64,000 nucleotides of DNA. Source: Squalus acanthias (Eukaryota). The notes beneath the pieces were generated by a model. It did no database searches and was not told the DNA's origin. It was given only the letters and a program-made list of their open reading frames with translations. Of this stretch, positions 54,170 through 64,000 are shown piece by piece. Numbering within the stretch: the first letter of the stretch is position 1; each line of letters opens with the position of its first letter. The position numbers were made by a program, and so were the translations under genes. The DNA is taken from the NCBI GenBank assembly GCA_030390025.1, contig JASTWF010000037.1, forward strand, positions 186,001-250,000. Direction: 5' to 3'.

Positions 54170-54408
54170 CATGATGCGGAGATGCCGGTGTTGGACTGGG
54201 GTGGACAAAAGTGAGAAGTCGCACAACACCAAGTTATAGTCCAACAGTTTTATTTGAAATCACAAGCTTTCGGAGCTGCTGCCCCTTCGTCAGGTGAAGT
54301 GAAGGAATACGAATCGACAAAGCATATATAGACAGAGAACAATGCCTGTGTAGCGTACAATGTCAGACGACTACAGTTTATCTTTCTGACTGCCTTTCAT
54401 CACACCTC
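54170..54408 (-). mobile_element. Penelope-like element (PLE) terminal fragment with 9-bp target-site duplication
   Basis: Flanked by aatatactc at 54161-54169 and 54409-54417. Contains a hammerhead core followed by AATAAA on the minus strand. A second copy is at 55830-55980. Confidence 0.8.
54260..54297 (-). ncRNA. Minimal type I hammerhead ribozyme motif (PLE-associated)
   Basis: RNA UCAC-CUGACGA-A-GGGGC-AGCA-GCUCC-GAA-AGCU-U-GUGA. It has the CUGANGA and GAAA boxes, a 4-bp stem I, a 5-bp stem II and palindromic AGCU in place of stem III. Confidence 0.75.
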
Positions 54409-54655
54409 AATATACTCAACGACTGAGCATCCACCGCTCTCTGGGGGTAGAGAATTCCAAAGATTCACCATCCTTTTGAGTGAAGAAATCTCTCCTCGGC
54501 ATGCTTACCCACTCAACAATAGTCCGAGTGACAGCATCCAACCAAATATGTCCATGCTCAGGTCAAAACTGGAGGGGAGTTCATTACACACAGATACAAC
54601 AATTTTCCTGAAACTCGCACTCTAAACTGGAGGGTGGGTGTTATACCTGGGGTGC

Positions 54656-54958
54656 ATAACCAGGGGGCATAGATTGAAAGTAATTGGGAGAAGGATTAGA
54701 GGGGGGTTGAGGAGAACTTTTTTCACCCAGAGGGTGGTGGGGGTCTGGAACTCACTGCCTGAAAGGGTGGCAGAGGCAGAAACCCTCATCGCATTTAAGA
54801 ATTACTTGGATATGCACTTGAAGTGCCGTAACCTGCAGGGCTACGGACCAAGAGCTGGGAAGTGGGATTAGGCTGGATGGCTCTTTGTCGGCCGGCACGG
54901 ACACGATGGGCCGAATGGCCTCCTTCTGTGCCGTAAATTTCTAAGATTCTGTGATTCA
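54656..54958 (+). mobile_element. CR1 LINE 3' end
   Basis: TRGHRLKVIGRRIRGGLRRTFFTQRVVGVWNSLP...GYGPRAGKWD*, ending in an ATTCTRTG-type tail. Confidence 0.92.
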
Positions 54959-54989
54959 TTATAATCGAGGGCTTCTGGGTCTTGATAAA

Positions 54990-55200
54990 TGGAGACTTCA
55001 GTGACGTGGAGAGCCTGGAGAAGCTGCGACTGTTCTCCTCAGAGCAGGGAAGGTTAAGGAGAGGTTTAATAGAGGCGTTCAAAATTGCAAGGGGTTTTGA
55101 CAGAGTAGATAGGGAGAAACTGTTTCCAGTGGCTGGAGGGTCGGTAACCAGATGACACGGATTTAAGATAATTGGCAAAAGAACCAGAGGGGGTGATGGG
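54990..55200 (+). mobile_element. CR1 LINE ORF2 fragment (continues at 58345-58601)
   Basis: LEKLRLFSSEQGRLRRGLIEAFKIARGFDRVDREKLFP with an in-frame stop. It ends at KRTRG, where 58345 picks up. Confidence 0.85.
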
Positions 55201-55829
55201 CAACGTAGAATCATAGAATGGTTACAGCACAGCAGGAGGCCATTCGGCCCGTCGAGCCTGTGCCGGCTCTCTGCAAGAGCACTTCAGCTAGTCCCACTCC
55301 CCCGCCCTTTCCCCGTAGCCCTGCAATTTTCTTCCTTCAGGTCCTTATCCAACTCCCTTTTGAAAGCCATGATTGAGTCGGTCTCCACCACCCTTTCAGG
55401 CAGTGCATTCCAGATCCTAACCACTCGCTGAGTAAAAATGTTTCTCCTCATGTCGCCTTTGGATCTTCTGCCAATCACCTTAAGTCTGTGTCCTCTGGTT
55501 CTCGACCCTTCCGCCAATGGGAACAGTTTCTCTCTATCTACCCTGTCCAGACCCCTCATGATTTTGAACACCTCTATCAGATCTCCTCTCAACTTTCTCT
55601 GCTCCAAGGAGAACAACCCCAGCTTCTCCAGTCTATCCACGTAACTGAAGTCCCTCATCCCTGGAACCGCTCTCGTAAATCTTTTCTGCACCCTCTCTAA
55701 GGTCTTTACATCCTTCCTAAAGTGTGGTGCCCAGAATTAGACACAATACTCCAGTTGAGGCCGAACCAGTGTTTTATAAAGGTTCATCATAACTTCCTTG
55801 CTTTTGTACTCTATGCCTCTATTTATGAA

Positions 55830-55980
55830 TAGTAGCCATGATGTGGAGATGCCGGTGTTGGACTGGGGTGGACAAATGTGAGAAGTCGCACAACACCAGG
55901 TTATAGTCCAACAGCTTTATTTGAAATCACAAGCTTTCGAAGCGCTGCTCCTTCGTCAGGTGAAAGCTTGTGATCCTGGG
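55830..55980 (-). mobile_element. Second Penelope-like terminal fragment with inverted junction
   Basis: Closely similar to 54170-54297, flanked by tttatgaa at 55822-55829 and 55981-55988. Confidence 0.8.
55927..55963 (-). ncRNA. Minimal type I hammerhead ribozyme motif (second copy)
   Basis: RNA UCAC-CUGACGA-A-GGAGC-AGC-GCUUC-GAA-AGCU-U-GUGA. The core is identical to copy 1 and stem II still pairs. Confidence 0.72.
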
Positions 55981-56899
55981 TTTATGAAACCCAGGATCCC
56001 GTATGCTTTTTTAACCGCTTTCTCAACCTGCCCTGCCACCTTCAATGATTTGTACACATATACCCCCAGGTCTCTCTGTTCATGCACCCCCTTTAGAATT
56101 GTCCCCTTTAGTTTATATTGCCTCTCCTCGTGCTTCCTACCAAAATGTATACTTTTCTGCATTAAATTTCATCTGCCACGTGTCCGCCCATTCCACCAGC
56201 CTGTCCATGTCTCCTTGAAGTCGATCACTATCCTTCTCGCTATTCACTATACTTCCAAGTTTTGTGTCATCTGCAAATTTTGAAATTGTGCCCTGTACAC
56301 CCACGTCCAAGAAAAGCAGTGGTCCTACAACCGACCCCTGGGGAACACCACTGTATACCTTCCTTCAGTCCGAAAAACAACCGTTCACCACTACTCTCTG
56401 TTTCCTGTCACTTAGCCAATTTCGTATCCATGCTGCCACTGTCCCTTTTATTCCATGGGCTTCAACTTTGCTGGCAAACCTATTATGTGGCACTTTATCA
56501 AACGCGGTTTGAAAATCCATATACACCACGTCAACCGCATTGCCCTTATCGACTGTTACCCCTCATTAAAAAACTCAATCAAGTTAGTTAAACATGATTT
56601 GCCTTTAACAAATCCATGCTGGCTTTCCTTAATTAATCCACACTTGTCCAAGTGACTGTTAATTTTGTCCCTGATTATCGTTTCTAAAAGCTTCCCCACT
56701 ACCAAGGTTAAACTGACTGGCCTGTAGTTGCTGGGTTTATCCTTACACCCTTTTTTGAACAAGCGTGTAACATTTGCAATTCTCCAGTCCTCTGACACCA
56801 CCCCTGTATCTAAGGAGGATTGGAAGATTATGGCCAGTACCGCCGCAATTTCCACCTTAACTTCCTAGGATGCATCCCATCCGGTGCTGGTGACATATC

Positions 56900-57643
56900 G
56901 GCCCAAAAATTAGTGCCTCTACGCGAGAGTACGCACTGTGTACTCTCGCGTATTCTGTCTCCAATTGCCGGTTTTCTGCATGCACTGCGCATGCGCTGAA
57001 AACCGGCACTTGGTGATTTCAAAAGGGGGCGGTTCCTAGGTGAACTGCGTGCGCGCTACAGGCTGCGCGCACGCAGTGCACTTAGTGCTTTGAACGCGCA
57101 GGTAAGCATGGAAGATTTTGCACATAAAGAAAGGAGGCGTAAGACCCTCTTTTAACAAGGTAAGTAGTTAATTAAGTATTATTTTGAATTTTTTTCAACA
57201 GGTATATCTTTTTTAGAGACTTTAAAGAAAGGTAAGTTTATTTTTATAACTTTTTAAAAGATTTTAAATTTTTTCAAAAATTTTATTTTTTGTTTAAAGT
57301 GGTTAATTTATTTAACTATACTTATTTTATTAATGTGATGGTTTTTTTTTAAAATTTAATTGAGGTTTAGCTGTTCTTTTGGGGGGGTATAGATTCATAG
57401 CTTTCACAGCACTTGATGTGAAAACTATGAATGAAAGATGGTGTGCTGCCATTGGCTCTAACTGAATCACGTGATCCCACAGCTCGCACGAATTAACTGC
57501 GTCTGTGGGATACGCAAGCACTGCCCAGCTGCTGTCTAGAAAATCAAGTTCGTGCGAGCTCAGAATGAAAAAGCTGGCGCGCAGTGAGATATCGCGGGGA
57601 AGCCTTACCCTCGCACGAAGGCTCCCTCTTTAATTTCTGGGCC
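56900..57643. mobile_element. 744-bp MITE, PIF/Harbinger-like (13-bp TIR, 3-bp TSD)
   Basis: TIRs ggcccaaaaatta / taatttctgggcc (12/13 match) and TSD atc at 56897-56899 and 57644-57646. It cleanly interrupts the CR1 and has an AT-rich core with CpG-rich arms. Confidence 0.85.
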
Positions 57644-58096
57644 ATCTACTTTAAGTACAGCCAGCCTTTCTAGTATCTCCTCTTTATCAAATTTTATCCC
57701 ATCCAGTATCTCCACTACCTCTCTTTCACTATGACTTTGGCAGCATCTTCTTCCTTGGTGAAGACAGATGCAAAGTATTCATTTAGTACCTCGGCCATGC
57801 CCTCTGCCTCCATGCATAGGTCTCCTTTTTGGTTCCAAATCGGCCCCACCCCTCCTCTTACTACCCGTTTACTACTTATATGCCTAGCGAAGACTTTTGG
57901 ATTACCTTTTATATTAGCTGCCAATCTATTCTCTTACTCTCTCTTCGCCCCTCTTATTTTCTTTTTCACTTCCCCTCTGAACTTTCTATATTCAGCCTGA
58001 TTCTCACTTGTATTCTCAACCTGACATCTGTCATCCGCGCTCATTTTCTGCTTCATCTCAGTCTCTAAGCTGCCCGGCCACACTGCGATCGGGGGG

Positions 58097-58246
58097 AGAA
58101 ACATAGAAACATAGAAGATAGGAGCAGGAGTAGGCCATTCGGCCCCTCGAGCCTGCTCCACCATTCGATGAGATCATGGCTGATCATCCAAATTCAGTAC
58201 CCTGTCCCTGCCTTCTCCCCATATCCCTTGATCCCTTTAGCCATAA
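58097..58246 (-). mobile_element. Short CR1 3' end fragment
   Basis: gaaacatagaaacatagaagataggagcaggagtaggccattcggcccctcgagcctgctcc, similar to 53998-54060. Confidence 0.85.
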
Positions 58247-58344
58247 GAAAGGTCCCGCGCAGGCCGCTCGCCAGCTGCGACGCTGGCAAAGATGCCGCAC
58301 AGCAAATTTAAAGGGACCTAAAATAAAAATTAGAGGGAACATTG

Positions 58345-58601
58345 GAGATGAGGGGAATTTTTTTTTTTTTTTACGCAGCGAGTTGTTGTGATCTGGAACG
58401 CGCTGCCTGAAAGGGCGGTGAAAGCAGATTCAATAGTAACTTTCCAAAGGGGATACTTGAAGAGGAGAAAGTTTACAGGGCTATGGGGAAAGAGCAGGGG
58501 GAGGGGGGGTGGGAAGTGGGACTAATTGGAGAGCTCTTTCAAGGAGCTGGCATAGGCACAAAGGGCCGAATGGCCTCCTTCTGTGCTGTATGATTCTGTG
58601 A
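58345..58601 (+). mobile_element. CR1 LINE 3' end (continuation of 54990-55200)
   Basis: FFTQRVVVIWNALPERAVKADS-like peptide, then gggccgaatggcctccttctgtgctgtatgattctgtga. Confidence 0.88.
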
Positions 58602-58744
58602 AGTAATATCCATTCCAAATGTTGACTCAGACAAAGGACAAGCCACCCCTAGGTGGATCAGATGCAGAGTAAAGATCCTTCTACACTGTCCCGTCAAAGT
58701 GCTGAAGTGCCTCCTACTGCACGGCTACCAACCAACCTCACAAT

Positions 58745-59581
58745 GGGGGGCCATTTTGCCAGCCCTGGGGAGGCGGGTATGGAAGGCGGGACTGCCGGGT
58801 AAATGGCAGAATCTGGGGGCGGGCACCCGTCCCGCCCTCAACCCGCCTCCGTGCCATCTTCCCAGGAGGCGGGTGCCCGACCGGCGCCGGGAGCCGCCTC
58901 CTCGAGGCGGGAAGGGGATTAGTGCCAATTAACTGCCTGCTAACAGGTAGTTAACAGGCAGTTTTTTGGAGAATCCCTATTTTGCCACCTAAAGTGTGGG
59001 CTTCCCGACGGCTCCGAACCTCGCCAGGGTCAGCGAGGCGAGCCGTGGGTCTGCGGGGGTCGGAGGGGCCGAGATGTCCGCTGTGGAGGTGAGTGATGGG
59101 CGCATGTGTGCAGAGGTAAGTGTGTGAGGTGAGTCTAAAGTGTTTTAAAAGCTTTACTTAACTTTGCTTCTTCCTCAAGGCTTCAACCCTTCAGGTCTCG
59201 GGAGTCCCTCAGCTCACCGGCAGAGAAAGCAGAATGGCCGCTGCATTCTCAAATGCTGCAGCCTTCTGCTTTCTGCTCAGGATAGATCTCTAACTGAGCC
59301 TGTGTCCCAGGTCTCAACTTAGAGGACTGATTGTCAGTGTTTGACGGCTTCACAGAGCCCTCAAACGCTGACATTTCATCTGTCAAAAGCTCTTGACAGA
59401 TGAAACGTCACTCGCTGACGTCACCAGTAACCGGCTTTCCCTTAATTGGCCTGCTAATGGGCTCAACAAGGTCAACCAAGGGAAAATAGCGTGGGTTGGC
59501 CAGACGTCGATGGAGGCGGGACTAAAACCCGACAAGCAGCAGTCCCGCCTCCATCACGTCCCCACCGGCAAAATCACCCCC
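58745..59581. mobile_element. Probable MITE with imperfect terminal and subterminal inverted repeats
   Basis: Left gggggccattttgcc...ggaaggcgggactgc versus right reverse complement gggggtgattttgcc...ggaggcgggactgc. The TSD is not clean. Confidence 0.6.
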
Positions 59582-59730
59582 AAAGTGTCGTGTGAGTGAG
59601 AAAACCCACAATTCGGCCGCAGATTGACACTGGATTGTACCCGGTACCTGTGCAGTGGGCGCCAACGCCCTCAAGGAACCAGACTGAGATTGCACCAACC
59701 TCACAGGCCAACACAGAGAGGAGACAAGAG

Positions 59731-60020
59731 CAACGACTCGCATTTATACAGCGCCATCAATGTAGTAAAACAGTCCCAAGGCGCTTCACCGCAGCAATGG
59801 AAACAAAGATTTGACACCGAGCCAGATAAGGAGGTATTAGGAACAGGTGACCAAAAGCTTGGTCAAAGAGGGAGGTTTTAAGGAACGTCCTAAAGGGAGA
59901 GAGAGAGAGAGAGAGAGGCGGGGAGGTTTAGGGAGGGAATTCCAGAGCTTAGGGCCCTGGCGCGGCCGCCAATGGTGGAGCGACGTAAAATCGGGGAGAT
60001 GCGCAAGAGGCCAGAATTTG
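59731..60020 (-). mobile_element. L2-clade LINE 3' fragment
   Basis: Aligns by eye with 1572-1860 (tttgacaccgagcca...caggtgaccaaaagcttggtcaaagagggaggttttaag). Confidence 0.88.
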
Positions 60021-60787
60021 AGAGAGGTAAAAAAAAAACCAGCTGATTTACTTCATGAAACATCACAAGTGAGCTAACAAACAGGTGACATCATCCTCCA
60101 TTGTGCCACATCATTACGGGGAGGTAGGCCCAGGCTTGGGGCACCTTCGAATCCCATGAGCAGACACAAGCGAGATATAGATGTAGAGGAGAAATTCAGT
60201 TGTTCCCAATGAAGTCATAATTCCCAGAAGCAAAGTAAGGTAATAATACAAAAATTCCAATCACTCAGGCCTTCGTGAGCCCCAGGATATAATTATCCCA
60301 TCGGTAGTGGCCATCGCGGACCCAGAACTATTTCTCCACTGGCAGACCTCCCGTGGCAGCGCTCTCGATGAGTTGAGGATGTGCTGTCCTATTACGACAT
60401 GAGCGTTATGTCGTGTAACGCACTGTGTGATAACGAGGGTGCGTTTACCTATTGATAGCTCTTACCGAATTAGCATAAAAGGGGCCTGGGGGGGAATCAG
60501 ATTGCCTGCTGCTGTGACCTGTGCTTAAGGTGGCCTGTTCCTTTAAGGCTGCAGAAATCTCACTGCTGCCACAACAGCTCATCCGAAGGCCCATTTGGAG
60601 GCCGATTGTCGTTGGAGGACGTTTGTCGCTAGATTGGCGGTTGCTTGTAAACTCCCGGCTCCTCTCCCCGAAGGAGAAGCCAGGTTAGCTAGGTCAGCAA
60701 AACCAGCAAGAAATGACTGGCTTCCCCTTTCTGTTTATATATATACATGCTCCTTGTTCAGTGGTAGAGTCCCCATCTGTTGAGTTA

Positions 60788-61222
60788 AAAGAAAGATTTG
60801 CATTTCTACAGCGCCTTTCACGACTACCGGACGTCCCAAAGCGCTTTACAGCCAAGGATGTACTTTTTTTTGAAGTGTAGCCACTGTTGTAATGTGGGAA
60901 ACGCAGCAGCCAATTTGCGCACAGCAAGCTCCCACAAAGAGCAATGTGATAATGACCGGATCATCTGTTTTTTTTGAGGCATAAATCCCCTGCTCCTCTT
61001 TGAAATGGGATCTTTTTGCACCCGCCTGAGGGAGCAGACGGGGGCCTTGGCTTTAACGTCTCATCCGAAAGACGGCACCTCCGACAGTGCAGCGCTCCGT
61101 CTCAGCACCGCACCAGGAGCGTCAGCCTAGATGTTTGGTGCTCCTGTCTCTAGAGTGGGACTCGAACCCACTGACCTCCTGACTCAGAGGCAGAGGGTGC
61201 GACCCAGTAAGCCACGGCTGAT
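60788..61222 (-). mobile_element. Near full-length tRNA-derived Deu-domain SINE (SacSINE1/AmnSINE-like)
   Basis: A box TGGCTTACTGG, B box GGTTCGAGTCC, central gctgcactgtcggaggtgccgtctttcggatgagacgttaaa and L2-like tail aaaggcgctgtagaaatgcaaatctttcttt. Confidence 0.8.
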
Positions 61223-61504
61223 ACAATGAAGATTGGAGCCGATCGGGTATGAGTGCGACGCAGGCTTCGCACGGGTATCACTTTAGGTGCGCGACAGATA
61301 CGGTAGACTTTTGTAAGAGAGGGATAGGCTTATGCTTATAATGGTACCAGCAAAGCATTATGATGCCAATGACACAATGGTCGGCAGAGATCATTAGAAA
61401 AGACAACCAGCCCTGCCCCTGCTGGCTGAGGGAGGAATTGCACCAGATAAGTTGGCTAGCAGCCATTAACAAGCAGCAAAGTACCCCGGTCTGCGCGGAG
61501 ATAG

Positions 61505-62370
61505 CTGATTTAGACAAGTTGAGTGAGTGGGCGAATACATGGCAGATGCAGCATAACGTGGATAAATGTGAAGTTATCCACTTCGGTAGGAAAAACAGAA
61601 AGGCAGAGTATTATTTAAATGGTGATAGATTGGGAAATGCTGATGTACAAAGGGACCTGGGTGTCCTTGTACATCAGTCACTGATAGCAAACATGCAGGT
61701 GCAGCAAACAGTTAGGAAGGCAAATGGTATGTTGGCCTTCATTGCAAGAGGATTTGAGTACAGGAGCAAGGATGTCTTGCTACAGTTATACAGGGCCTTG
61801 GTGAGACCACACCTGGAGTACTGTGTGCAGTTTTGGTCTCTACCTAAGATAGGATATACTTGGCCATAGAGGGAGTGCAGCGAAGGTTCACCAGACTGAT
61901 TCCTGGGATGGCAGGACTGTCGTATGAGGAGAGATTGGGTCGACTAGGCCTGTATTCATTGGAGTTTAGAAGAATGAGAGGTGATCTCATTGAAACGTAT
62001 AAAATTCTGACAGGGCTAGACAGACTGGATGCAGGGAGGATGTTTCCCCTGGCTGGGGGGTCTAGAACGAGGGGTCACAGTCTCAGGATACGGGGTAGGA
62101 CATTTAGGACTGAGATGAGGAGAAATTTCTTCACTCAGAGGGTGGTGAACCTGTGGAATTCTCTACCACAGAAGGCTGTGGAGGCCAAGTCACTGAATAT
62201 ATTTAAGAAGGAGATAGATAGATTTCTAGACGCAAAAGGCATCAAGGGGTATGGGGAGAGAGCGGGAATATGGTATTGAGATAGAGGATCAGCCATGATC
62301 ATATTGAATGGCGGAGCAGGCTCGAAGGGCCGAATGGCCTGCCCCTGCTCCTATTTTTCTATGTTTCTAT
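61505..62370 (+). mobile_element. 5'-truncated CR1 LINE (ORF2 C-terminus and 3' UTR)
   Basis: DLDKLSEWANTWQMQHNVDKCEVIHFG...LVRPHLEYCVQFWS, a frameshift, then IEGVQRRFTRLIPG...GYGERAGIWY*. Tail tttctatgtttctat. Confidence 0.95.
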
Positions 62371-62435
62371 TACAGCAAGGGCAGCAATGGTAGGAGATCT
62401 ACAGTTAGTTAGCTAGGCTCCTACTTATTCGCTGG

Positions 62436-62551
62436 GCTCAGCCCTGGCTCAGTGGGTAGCCCTCTGTGGCCTCCGCACCAGATAGGTCGTGGGTTCAAGC
62501 GCCCACTCCAGGGAATTGAGACTATAAAATCCAGGCTGACGCTCCCAGTGA
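62436..62551 (+). mobile_element. SINE head (tRNA-derived, same family as 60788-61222)
   Basis: A box TGGCTCAGTGG and B-box-like GGTTCAAGCGCC, followed by ccaggctgacgctcccagtg. Confidence 0.65.
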
Positions 62552-62764
62552 AAGTAAGTTGACTATCCTGCCTCCCCCCCCCGCCCGGCCCCCCTTTCCA
62601 CCCAGCTGGGAAGTGCGCGTGTGTGTGTCTGGATTGGCTGGGACTATGGTATCTCTCTTTGTTATAGAACCATTGCTAACAGGGTGTGAGCTCCTTCTGC
62701 GTGTGTCAGTGGTCTTACCACCAAGCCAACAACAACTTGCATTGATATCGCGCCTTTGACTTAA

Positions 62765-63988
62765 TAAAATCGGCTGTGTGGTTGATGCTGAAGAAGGAAG
62801 CTGTAGACTGCAGGAAGATATCAATAAATTGGTCAGGTGGGCAGAACAGTGGCAAATGGAATTCAATCCGGGCAACACGGTGGCATAGTGGTTAGCACTG
62901 TTGCCTCACAGCGCCAGGGACCCGGGTTCAAATCCGGCCTCGGGTGACTGTCTGTGTGGAGTTTGCACATTCTCCCCGTGTCTGCGTGGGTTTCCTCTGG
63001 GTGCTCCGGTTTCCTCCCACAGTCTAAAGATGTGCGGGTTAGGTTGATTTGGCTATGATAAATTGACCCTTAGTGTTAGGGGGATTAAATACGTGGGGTT
63101 ACGGGGCTAGGGTGGGATATGTGTCGGTGCAGGCTCGATGGGCCGAAATGGCCTCAATCTGCACTGTGGGGATTCTGTGATTCTGTGAAGTGTGAGGTAA
63201 TACATTTGGGGAGGGCTAGCAAGGAAAGGGAATACACATTACATGGTAGGACACTGAGTAGTGTAGAGGAACAAAGGGACCTTGGAGTGCATGTCCACAG
63301 ATCCCTGAAGGTAGCAGGCCAGGTAGATAAGGTGGTTAAGAAGGCATACGGAATGCTTGCCTTTATTAGCCGTGGCATAGAATACAAGAGCAGGGGGGTT
63401 ATGCTGCAACTGTATAAAACACTAGTTAGGCCTCAGCTAGAGTACCGCGTGCAGTTCTGGTCACCACATTACAGGAAAGATGTGATTGCACTAGAGAGGG
63501 TACAGAGGAGATTTACAAGGATGTTGCTGGGAGTAGAGAATCTCAGCTATGAGGAAAGACTGGATAGGCTGGGTTTGTTTTCCTTGGAACAGAGGAGGCT
63601 GAGGGGAGACCTTATTGAGGTGCATAAAATTATGAGGGGCCTAGATAAAGTGGATAGAAAGGAGCTATTTCCCTTAGCAGAGGGTCAAAAACCAGGGGGC
63701 ACAGATTTAAAGTAACTGGGGGAAGGTTTAGAGGGGATTTGAGGGGAAATTTCTTCACCCAGAGGGTGGTGGGGGTCTGGAACTCACTGCCTGAAAGGAT
63801 GGTAGAGGCAGGAACCCTAACCACATTTAAAAAGTACTTGGATGTGCACTTGGGATGCTCTAACCTGCAGGGTTACGGACCAAGAGCTGGGAAGTGGGAT
63901 TAGGCTGGATAGCTCTTTGTTGGCCGGCACGGACACAATGGGCTGAAATGGCCTCCTTCCGTGCTGTCACTTTCTCTGATTCTATGAA
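62765..63988 (+). mobile_element. 5'-truncated CR1 LINE interrupted by an HE1-type SINE
   Basis: LQEDINKLVRWAEQWQMEFNP, then the SINE, then KCEVIHLGRASKEREYTLHG...ALERVQRRFTRML. Tail gattctatga. Confidence 0.93.
62870..63187 (+). mobile_element. HE1-type V-SINE of elasmobranchs
   Basis: A box TGGCATAGTGG, B box GGTTCAAATCC, V-domain-like ggagtttgcacattctccccgtgtctgcgtgggtttcctc, and CR1-derived tail gggccgaaatggcct...gattctgtgattctgtg. Confidence 0.88.
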
Positions 63989-64000
63989 ATCTTCCCAAGG

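Larger units (their letters stand above)
53998..54497 (-). mobile_element. CR1 LINE 3' fragment, interrupted by a Penelope-like insertion
   Basis: Peptide DAKGIKGYGDSAGRWS plus CR1 3' UTR on the minus strand. The sequence resumes after 54408. Confidence 0.85.
55207..58061 (-). mobile_element. 5'-truncated, decayed CR1 LINE (ORF2 RT region to 3' tail), about 2 kb net of nested inserts
   Basis: Peptides IFQSSLDTGVVSEDWRIANVTRLFKKGCKDKPSNYRPVSLT, SQHGFVKGKSCLTNLIEFF, FADDTKLG and QKRFTRAVPGMRDFSYVDRLEKLGLFSLE, with frameshifts. Tail cattctatgattct. Confidence 0.95.
55201..58344. mobile_element. Short non-autonomous TIR element (hAT-like) split by later insertions; own sequence at about 55201-55206, 58062-58096 and 58247-58344
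   Basis: Right end ttagagggaacattg (reverse complement caatgttccctctaa). The left end reconstructs as caacgt + ctctaag. Flanks gtgatggg / gagatgag match 6/8 as an 8-bp TSD. Confidence 0.55.

Noticed and set aside
59644..59730. Minus-strand exon candidate ending cacag|gtaccg
   Set aside because: The first AG after the pyrimidine tract is a rare GAG and there is no convincing peptide.
60788..63187. tRNA genes at the A/B-box sequences
   Set aside because: They continue into SINE bodies and LINE-derived tails, so they are SINE heads.
55207..63988. Intact or domesticated reverse transcriptase gene
   Set aside because: All CR1 pieces are 5'-truncated, frameshifted or interrupted by other elements.

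Overview
Eukaryotic, repeat-dominated DNA, very likely from a shark or ray: it carries an HE1-type V-SINE, a Deu-domain SINE, CR1 and L2 LINE fragments and Penelope-like element ends. Layout: (1) 1-1184 is a CT/CTGT simple repeat. (2) 1185-4330 is a unique/TE island with two phase-compatible minus-strand coding exon candidates of an unidentified gene (3793-3626 and 1327-1218). (3) 4331-10257 is a 6-kb compound (CA)-type microsatellite. (4) 10258-10757 is a 500-N scaffold gap. (5) 10758-53069 is a 42-kb array of about 960 copies of a 44-bp CpG-free unit. It looks error-prone on the gap side, is almost invariant in the middle, and has higher-order variant blocks at its real right edge. (6) 53070-64000 is a dense, deeply nested TE cluster containing a consensus CTCF motif and two Penelope-like fragments, each with a minimal hammerhead ribozyme motif. 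Nearly all ORFs in the supplied track are repeat artefacts or decayed LINE ORF2 pieces. I found no clearly novel system. The best leads are the satellite array (possibly intronic), the hammerhead motifs with an unusual double-inversion junction, and the unidentified gene. TE family names come from recognition, not database searches.
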